From Lama glama (taxonomy: Eukaryota): a stretch of 64,000 bases of DNA. The stretch's first letter is position 1, and every line of letters begins with the position of its first letter. The stretch is taken from assembly GCA_028534125.1 (NCBI GenBank), contig CM052817.1, positions 29,452,001-29,516,000 on the forward strand, written 5' to 3'. The notes under the pieces are model-generated. The model did not search any database. It was not told the DNA's origin and saw only the letters and a program-made list of their open reading frames with translations. The translations under genes and the position numbers were made by a program. Below are positions 54,609 to 64,000 of the stretch, in pieces.

Positions 54609-56702
54609 CATGCTCTTGGATTGGGAGAATGGTCACACTGCCCAAGGCAATCTACAGATTTCATGCAATTTCTATCAAATTACCCAGGATATATTTCACA
54701 GAACTAAAACAAATCATAATAAGATTTATATGGAACCATCAAAGACCTAGAATTGCCAAAGCATTACTGAAGAGAAAGAAAGGGGCTGGAGAAATAACTC
54801 TCCCAGACTTCAGACAATACTACACAGCTACAGTCATCAAAACAGGATGGTATTCGTACAAAAACAGACATATAGACCAATGGAACAGAATAGAGAGCCC
54901 AGAAATGAACCCACAAACTTTTGGTCAACTCATCTTTGACAAAGGAGGCAAGATTATACAATGGAATAAAGACAGTCTCTTCAGCAAATGGTGTTGGGAA
55001 AACTGGACAGCAGCATGTAAAGCAATGAAGCCTGAACACTCCCTTACACCATACACAAAAATAAACTCAAACTGGATCAAAGACTTAAACATAAGACGAG
55101 ATACAGTAAACCTCCTAGAAAAAAATATAGGGAACACATTATCTCACATACATCTCAAAAATGTTCTCCTAGAACAGTCTACTCAAGCAATAGAAATAAA
55201 AGCAAAAATAAACAAATGGGACCTAATTAAACTTACAAGCTTCTGCACAGCAAAGGAACCATAAGTAAAACAAAAAGACAACCTACGGAATGGAAGAAAA
55301 TTTTTGCAAATGAAACCGACAAAGGCTTGATCTCCAGAATATATAAGCAGCTTATATGACTTAATAAGAAACAACCAAACAACCCGATCCAAAAATGGGC
55401 AAAAGACCTAAACAAGCAATTCTCAAAGGAAGACATACAAATGATCAATAGGCACATGAAAAAAAGAATGTTCAACATCACTAATTATCAGAGAAATGCA
55501 AATCAAAACTACAATGATGTATCACCTCACACCAGTCAGAATNNNNNNNNNNNNNNNNNNNNNNNNNNNNNNNNNNNNNNNNNNNNNNNNNNNNNNNNNN
55601 NNNNNNNNNNNNNNNNNNNNNNNNNNNNNNNNNNNNNNNNNNNNNNNNNNNNNNNNNNNNNNNNNNNNNNNNNNNNNNNNNNNNNNNNNNNNNNNNNNNN
55701 NNNNNNNNNNNNNNNNNNNNNNNNNNNNNNNNNNNNNNNNNNNNNNNNNNNNNNNNNNNNNNNNNNNNNNNNNNNNNNNNNNNNNNNNNNNNNNNNNNNN
55801 NNNNNNNNNNNNNNNNNNNNNNNNNNNNNNNNNNNNNNNNNNNNNNNNNNNNNNNNNNNNNNNNNNNNNNNNNNNNNNNNNNNNNNNNNNNNNNNNNNNN
55901 NNNNNNNNNNNNNNNNNNNNNNNNNNNNNNNNNNNNNNNNNNNNNNNNNNNNNNNNNNNNNNNNNNNNNNNNNNNNNNNNNNNNNNNNNNNNNNNNNNNN
56001 NNNNNNNNNNNNNNNNNNNNNNNNNNNNNNNNNNNNNNNNNNAAGACTAGGAATAGACTTACCATAGGACCTAGGAATCCCGCTCCTGGGCATATATCAA
56101 GAAGGAACCCTACTTCAAAATGACACCTGCACCCCAATGTTGACAGCAGCCCTATTTACAATAGCCAAGACATGGAAACAGCCTAAATGTCCATCAACAG
56201 ATGACTGGATAAAGAAGAGGTGGTATATTTATACAAGAGGTGGTATATTTATACTCAGCCATAAAAACTGACAACATAATGCCATTTGCAGCAACATGGA
56301 TGCTCCTGGAGAATGTCATTCTAAGTGAAGTAAGCCAGAAAGAGAAAGAAAAATACCATATGAGATCACTCATATGTGGAATCTAAATAAAACAAAACAA
56401 AACAAACAAACAAAGCATAAATACAAAACAGAAACAGACTCATAGACATAGAATACAAACTTGTGGTTGCCAAGGGGACAGAGGGTGGGAAGAGATAGAC
56501 GGGATTTCAAAATTGTAGAATAGATAAACAAGATTATACTGTAAAGCACAGGGAAATAAACACAAGATCTTATGGTAGCTCACAGAGAAAAAATGTGACA
56601 ATGAATATATATGTTCATGTATAACTGAGAAATTGTGCTCTACACTGGAATTTGACACAACATTGTAAAATGATTATAAATTAATAAAAAATGTTTAAAA
56701 AA
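54609..56702 (+). mobile_element. Young 5'-truncated LINE-1 (about 1.7 kb of real sequence) with a 500-N gap (55543-56042)
   Basis: ORF 54548..55264 is L1 ORF2 ([42 protein letters not shown]); 3'UTR closely matches the element at 1-2323; AATAAA near 56683 and a short A-tail. No clear TSD. Confidence 0.97.
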
Positions 56703-56899
56703 GCGAAGAATACACCTAAAGATTCAGTCTGAAGCATTGTCAGTAATCATACTTTCCCTGGTACCTTGATTTTTTCTGTATTGTATAATGTTTACTTTTA
56801 TTACGTTTCCTTATCTGTGTCATTTCTTATTGGTATATTCGCAGATGTCTTCTCATGTGAAATAAGTCGGTGTAACAAAAATAATTTTAAGAATAATTT

Positions 56900-57060
56900 A
56901 AAAAATCTGGCTTTAGATATAGTTTGGCTACTTAGTAGCTCTTGAATCGTGCACCTGACTTGAACTCTCTTAGCTTCACTTTCCCAGTTTACAAAATGAG
57001 AACTGTCAGTCTACCTCCCAGTATTGTTATCAGGGTCTATTAGGATGACTGTTAGGAAAT
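56900..57060 (+). mobile_element. MIR SINE fragment
   Basis: tgacttgaactctcttagcttcactttcccagtttacaaaatgag...ctacctcccagtattgttatcagg. Confidence 0.6.
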
Positions 57061-57739
57061 TGTTTTGTTAACTATAACATGCCGCATGATTACAAGTAAG
57101 TAGTAATATGTTCAATAGGGATTCTTTCCATATGACCTTGTGCCTGCAGCATCTCTCAGTGGTGTCCACATTGGTTGTGCTCATCCATCCACTGGCCCCT
57201 GGAGAGTCATGCCTGATACAACTTATTATTGTGCAGGCTCTGTTTCTGCTTTCATCAGCTTTGAAACTCTTGGCTCCAAATGGCAATTGCCTGTTCCATT
57301 GGTCTGCCAAAAGACTGAGTTTCCTAGCAGTCAATGTCTATGTCTGTCTGAAATTCTTCCACAGTGAATCTTAGGAATGTTTCATCAATCTTCCCTGCTG
57401 AAAGTGATTCTGCTTTAGTCTAGGATACAGGAAGTGAGTGAATATCTTCCTGGCATTGAAGATGCACACATGTCCTGCCCAGAGGTCTGTGCTGCAGCCT
57501 GTGGAGTTGCAATATGGTCGAGCTGAATTCATTCTAAGAAACCATTCTAGCTGATCCTGGCAAGTTCATAAAGCCAAGCCTGGCATGTGCCATGTGCTAA
57601 TTTATGATCTTCTTATGAGCTCATGATGCCTAATAGAGTGCTGATCTCACTGTGGATATTTAATTACAATTTTGGTTTCATTGGTAATTTGTGTAACAAA
57701 TGATAAATATCAAGTTTCAGAAGACTTTGCCTTGGAGAT

Positions 57740-57970
57740 AATAAAAGTAACGTATTTACAGAACACTTACTATGTCAGATATTTTAAAATATACTATATG
57801 TCACCACTTTTTACTCCCTTAGTATTACTACACAGGTTTTCTGATAATGAAACTTATGCACATGGGGTTCAAGGAATCTGCCTCAAAGAGCTAGTAAAGA
57901 ATGTACCCTGGGTTTGCTGAGAGGACCTGCCTCTAAATTTGGGCTATTAAATCACTCCCCAATTATGCCT
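57740..57970 (-). mobile_element. MIR SINE
   Basis: atttacagaacacttactatgtcag...ttttctgataatgaaacttatgcacatggggttcaaggaatctgcc. Confidence 0.6.
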
Positions 57971-60900
57971 TCTAACCATTTTGGTATCCTTGTCGGTGAA
58001 GAGACGTCTAAACACTGGAATGAATACTTGAGAAGGAAAAACTTCATACAAACCTCTCCTAATATATGCTTTGGTAAGAGAGAATTAACAGTTCTCCTCA
58101 GAGCTGTTTCTGGGATTATGAGTGTTGTATTTATGTGGGTGTGTTTGGGTGTATAAGTTGGGGCATTAAGACGTGCAACGCCACTCATTTTTTGAGGAAA
58201 GTTATCTCATTCTTTTTGATGAAGGAGGTTAAAGTACATTAAAATAGCATAATAATGCAACGATTTAACCCACTAAAAAGTATCCTTTAGGGGAGTTTGA
58301 TCACATGTTTAAGACAATTGGGAGAGGGCTGTCCCTTAATTCAGTAAGAGCAACAAGAAAACCTATGGGATTAAACAGTTTAACATTAGTTAACCTAACA
58401 GGCTGGGTATAAGGAGTTAAAATAACCTAGGTTAGTAACTACCTGATGTCTGTGTAACATCAGGAGGAGTTACTGGAGTCCAGTGGCCATGGGAGCCTTG
58501 GAGTAACAGTCAGAGCATAGAGTAAAGTAACCCTTTCCTGGGGCAGAAAATGGTGATATCAGCAGTCATGTTATAAGGTTTTCCATGGCACAACAGAGCA
58601 GTCATCAGTACCAGAAAAGAGGAAATGTAAAACTAATTTAGGATAATTAGTGAAAAACTTAGGACTCTATGAAAGAAGAAGAGAGATAAATTGTGTTGGG
58701 TTTCTGATATCTTACAGCTAGTGTTCTCAACAGTAAAATCTATTTTTTATTTTCTTTTTTATATCTTATATTAACTGTATACAACTATCAAAATCTTTCC
58801 AGACTGAGAAACCAACATATATATCTATCTATATACAGAGAGACAGACACATATGTAAAAGGGAAAAAGGGAAACCTGTATGATATTTGATCTATTATTT
58901 GTTTTTGTACTGAGTTGGATTAATTCATCCAGCAACATGAAGCTACATTATAATCACACTTACTTATCCTGATGTTTAAGAATAATCTACCTGAGAATAC
59001 CTAAGTGTGCAATCTTTCATACAAGAGATAAATTGAGGGTAAAATTCCTGTTAAATCAATATTACTGACAACTAAACATGACCTTTAAAATATTTCTATT
59101 TCTTAACGATCTCAAAAACAATTCGGGACAAAAAGTATTCTTTTTGGATAGTAACCTATTTCTGCTTTTGTTGAAACTTATTTAAGGGTTATATAATCAA
59201 TATTGTTTTTCTAGGTTTCTTACAAGATGATAAGTTAAAATGTGGTATTCTGACTCCATTATTTTCTCAAATTATCACCAAAGAGATAATAAAAAGGACG
59301 CAAGCATGTGACAAGCAACACAATTGTCTACATTCTTTGAAAAGGCATTTTTTTCCCTTCTGTAAATGTTTGTATACTTGGTCTTTTTCAAGCAGAAAGC
59401 ACATAATAAGACATCTTCTTTGTTCAGAGGGAAAAAAATGGGTGAGGATAACAAGAATTAGAAAGTCTGTCTTGACTTCCTGAATTCATATGATAAGCAA
59501 AAACAATTCTTAATTTACTGATTTTCAAAACTGGGCAAAACTATGCCACTTGAATATGAAAGGTAGAAGTTTCGAAGCTATTATCAAAACTTATAAACAC
59601 AGTATTGAATCAGTTGCTTATGTGCATTGAATATCATTCCATGAAAATGCAAATTGTGCTTTAGTGGACTATAGAATGGAAAAGAAAAAAGGAGACAGTT
59701 GCCAAATCTATTAGAGTACACTAATCACTCTTAGTGCATTGTGATTCTTGAACAGTTTTACCATACTAGGTATGGATGAAGCAATCAAGGGAACTACCTT
59801 GTTTAATCCTTGATATCTACCATTACAGACTAAATTGTGTCCCCTCCAACTAACTGTGTCCCCTCCATAGTTTTAGAAGGATGGGTGTTAACTCCTAGGA
59901 GTTGGGCTGTATTTAATGTTTGCTATAACTGTAAGTGCCAGAATGTAAGTTCATATTCCTCTCTTTGTCTCTCTTGTTATTTTGAGCTTCCTTAACAACT
60001 GCTCCTCAGAGAGACTCTGTTTTGCAGTCCTTTCAGCTGTAATTCACTGGCATTATTCTGGACATCTAAGGTACGAGTGATGAGTACTATTCTGTAATTT
60101 TATAATTAAATATAATTTTTGGTGGTGCTGTCTATCTGGGCTAAAATCCTCACAAGGAGTTAGACATCCATGCCATGTCCTGCCCTCCCCCTAACATCTC
60201 ACCCCATAGTAAGACAGAAATGCTAGGGAGAAGTATTTCATAATATCTAATCTCTCTGTCCCTGGCCAGGGCCATGAGGGGATCTTTCTTGGCTCTTTAC
60301 CATAAGAACTTGGTGGCATAAACCCCATAAAGGAGTCAGAGGAGTGAGCAGGGGATTGGGGATTAATATTGTAGCCCTCAGGAGTTTCTCATTTTCTACT
60401 GGTTAATATTAGACATCTAAGTTATTTAACTATTCCCATCAGCTTATAGTTCCAGTGGCTTCTGTTCCAGGTAAGCAGATTCTTGGCTGTGACTCTCTGG
60501 TCTGTTTTTCCTTCTGGGGAGATGGTAGTTTGTTTTATGACCTCATTGATATTTGGTTTGGTTTACCTTTTCTTGTCATAAATATGAAATTGATGACCTT
60601 CCAGTTTCCTACATATCAAAGCTGAAGTTCTTGCACTATTTTTAATTTTGAATAATTTATACAAATACATATGTAGATAACATATAAATAATACAGCATG
60701 AAAAATCAAAGTAATACCCTTGTAGCTACCAGGCAATTTAAGGAAGATGGTGATAGAATATTGTTGAAGCTTTGGGTATGCTCCTCCATCAACTTCATGT
60801 CTGTTCCCTTCAGAGATAAACACTACCCTAACTTGTACCCTAAATTTGAATACTCTATCATTCTCTTGCTTGTATTCATAGTTTTACTATGTATGTATAT

Positions 60901-61549
60901 ATCCCTAGCAATATATTTTGCTTGTGGTATTTGTCAGGAGAATGTATAGATAAACTATTTTGTAGATAAACTATTTTTCCTAAGAAATTTTTATCTTTTA
61001 TGACCTTGAGTGCTACCACTGAACTTCTTAATATAAAACCAGTGTTAAAAATGCACTGCTACTATTGAACTTTTATGTATAAATCCAGTGTTAAAAAATA
61101 CACTGTAGTGAATACAAAAGTTACATTTAGTAAGTTTTAAAAATGTCAAAAATGTGTTTAATTATTTCTATGAAAATATTAGATTCACAGCATGGATTCT
61201 AGAAAAAAAGGATATGCTTTAGTTTATAAGACAGTTTAACAAAATCAAAAACTAATTGCTATGATTATTTCTGTCTTCTGTTATACTGATATATTATTCC
61301 CACTTAATAATTATTTGTTTATATCCTGATATATTACTAATTAGGGAATTGCATAGTCCTTTATTTTCTACTAATGCATTTTATTTCATAACTAAAATTT
61401 TTCTTTTTACAATTTTGATAGCTTTGCTCTTCAATTTTGACCACACTCTCTCTGACAGGTACTTACATTTTACTCTCATACTCTTTCTAATCGTTAAGCG
61501 TATCAGCAATGAATTATTCCTTTCCATTTCACCCAGTTAATTATATCTT

Positions 61550-62350
61550 CTCTTTTGGATCATTACATTTGATTCTCTGGCCTTCCCTTATTCCACTGAC
61601 CATTTATCTCCACCACTGCTTGCTTAATTCAAGCTCCCCAAATCTCTCCCCTCATTCCTTATAATAGCCTGCTATTTGGTTTACCTGCTTACACTCTTAA
61701 CTGCTAAAATCCATTACTTCTGCAGAGTCAAAGTGATTTTTCTCAAAACAAATTTAAAAAAAAATCTTGTCTATGATTTAAATTTTCTGAAACTTTCCCA
61801 GCACATTTAGAACACATATCCTTACATTACCTGTCCATTACTTACTTCTCTGACTGCATTGCTTTCCAACAGTCTTTTACTGCTATAATCTAGTCCCATT
61901 AGCAGTACCTTTCTGCTCCTTCTTGAAGCCAATAAAAGTCTTATTTTAAAGCCTTAAAACTAGCTTTTTCATTTGCCCAAAAGAGTCTTCCTTTCAATTT
62001 TACATTATTGACACCCTCATGTTTGATCTCAGCTTAATGCCACCTCCCTGGAGAGGGAGAGTTCTTCTCTAAGCACCCCAACTAAAACAGCAACTTAGCC
62101 GCTTATTTTAAATTCTCTGGTAAGCACATGCTGCTATTTGATTTTTTTCTTGAGTCTATAATTATTTCATAAATTTATATACCTGTTTATTACTTATGCC
62201 TCCAAAGTTTATTACTTATAACTTATAAGTTTATTACTTATAAACTCCAAAAATAAAGAGACTTTTTACATTTTGTTTTTGTTCTACCCCCAGAAGTATT
62301 AACAGTTGTCTGATAAGTATGTGTTGACTCAATATTGAATAACTTAATAT
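61550..62350 (+). mobile_element. LINE-2 (L2a-like) 3' region
   Basis: ctccaccactgcttgcttaattcaagct, atccattacttctgcagagtcaaagtgattttt, tctcagcttaatgccacctccctggagagg, actcaatattgaata. Confidence 0.75.
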
Positions 62351-62364
62351 TTCAGTGACATTTG

Positions 62365-63275
62365 TTTTGGTTAGTTTCTCCACAGCAGATGCTAATACTA
62401 AAATTTGAGTGAAAAAAATTTTGGGGAGGTGATCTCAGGAAGAAATATTAAGAAAGTAGAGAATTCAGAGAGAAAAAAGAATATAAAATGTGGTATTAGG
62501 GGAAATAATGGTTCCCCAAAGACATCCATGTTCTAATCCTTGAAACCTGTGAATATGGAAATAGGAACTTTGCAGATGTGATTAAATTAAGGATCTTGAA
62601 ATGGGAGATGGGAAAATTATTCTGGACCATCTGGGTAGGTACAATATATCATAAGGTGGCAGGAGTATTAGAGTCAAAGAGATATTTGAAGATACTACAT
62701 TGCTGGTTTTGAAGATTAAAGTAGAAAACACCTGCCAAGGAATGCAGGTGGCCTCTAGAAGCTGGACAAAGTGAGGAAATCTGTTCTCTCCTAGAGCTTC
62801 AAGAAGGAATGCAGCTCTGCTGACACCTTGATTTTAGCACATGAGAACTATTTTGGACTTTGGACCACCAGACTGTATCATGATAAATCGATGTTGTTTT
62901 GAGCCACTAAGCTTGGGAATAATTTGTCTAAGAAACTAAAACAGGTGCATTAAAAACAAATTACCATTATTGGCAAATTAAGCCCAGTTATGCTGGGGAC
63001 TTGAAATTGTATAAAACTTGTTTCAGAATCTCTTCACTTAAGATGCAAGAAAGATGGTTCACCTTTCCAGCAATTCTTGTTATTCCTTGGTCATTCTCCT
63101 GGAGTGACTGTCTGCAGCACCACAGACCTGCACTGCACATAGACAAAGCATGTTCCCCAGAACAGAAAAAGCCCTCAGGCACAATCAAAGGTATAGCAGA
63201 AGCCCTACTGGCATGCATGGCAAGGGTGAGCAGAGAGCAAAGATGGGCAGGGAACCAAAAGCATTTGCTAAAATA
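62365..63275 (-). mobile_element. ERVL LTR16-like solo LTR split by an MLT1D insertion
   Basis: aatttgagtgaaa...ttggggaggtgatctcaggaag before the MLT1D, and aaattaccattattggcaaattaagcccagttatgctggggac after it. Confidence 0.6.
62489..62943 (+). mobile_element. MaLR solo LTR (MLT1D-like)
   Basis: tgtggta...aataatggttccccaaagacatccatgttctaatc...gactttg/actttgcagatgtgattaaattaaggatcttga...ccaaggaatgcaggtggcctctagaagctgg...gaaactaaaaca. Confidence 0.9.
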
Positions 63276-64000
63276 ATCTTGATCCCTTCATACTGACACT
63301 TCTCTGCCATATTTAGTGTTAATATTTATTACAATATTTTAAATTTAATGAATACTTTTTGCTAATCACTATGCTAGGTTAAGGCAGCACAAAGCTTTAC
63401 TCTCATTCCTCAGGAAATTTCCCATTAGTAAGTAACAGAAACAATTTCTGGAGTCTATAAGGAAGGTTAAAATGAAAATTACATAAGGTGACTTTGTAGC
63501 ATACAAGAGATTACTGGATCTAGATAATATTGTAAGAAGAAGGCTATGATTAGATGGGATCAAGATGCTTAAAGTTAATATAGAAACAAAGTATATGAAG
63601 AAATGGTAGAGGGTGTATTCTATGTGCAATATGTACATTCTGTGTATAGTATGTGGAAATGTATGCCTTCAGAAAGAGCTCTGTAGGTTTATTATACCTA
63701 CAGAAAGTAATTTTTCGTGAGGAGTGGGCCTACATCTTCAAGTGATGCTGATAAGTTGATTTGGGTGCCAAATGACTCTCATAATATCCATTAGCATTTT
63801 GGTTTTGGACTTTGTAATACACTATTCTATGTACACACCTGGTATGCACATTTGGCAAATGGATAATTGATAAGAAACAAATATATACTTCAACTCCCTC
63901 ACTGGGAGTTTCTAAAATACAAAACATCATCAATGGCTAATACTGGCTAGAGTAAAACAAAATTCTAGGAAAGGACAGATTTTCTCATAATGTTCATGTA

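Noticed and set aside
54548..55264. 238-aa ORF as a protein-coding gene
   Set aside because: A 5'-truncated L1 ORF2 fragment with a non-ATG start in flanking DNA, ended by a frameshift.
57068..57374. Overlapping ORFs, including atgaccttg (MTL...) as a possible TFEC start
   Set aside because: The translation MTLCLQHLSVV does not resemble the TFEC N-terminus as I recall it (MTLDHQ...), and there are no clear splice sites.
62185..62250. CRISPR-like repeat-spacer pattern
   Set aside because: 13-bp repeats with 9-bp related spacers, in mammalian DNA and with no cas genes.

Overview
AT-rich eutherian mammal genomic DNA, almost certainly camelid: it carries a tRNA-derived Vic-1-type SINE at about 30328-30470 and young L1 copies that appear to be from the same lineage. 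I see no intact protein-coding gene, RNA gene or CRISPR array. The long ORFs in the track are L1 ORF2 remnants, N-gap artefacts or chance ORFs. Much of the window is recognisable interspersed repeat: young and old L1, L2, MIR, MaLR/ERVL/ERV1 solo LTRs, and MER2B and MER94 DNA transposons. Three N gaps all fall inside young L1s. The best non-repeat feature is an exon-like segment near 3366-3428 with a strong GTAAGT donor, followed by adjacent ETS and C/EBP motifs. From memory it resembles the 5' non-coding exon of TFEC, which would make the rest of the window intron 1; this is unverified. I found no convincing novel biological system. The findings are mostly retrotransposition footprints, assembly artefacts and candidate regulatory elements. 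Subfamily names and boundaries of old repeats are by eye and approximate.
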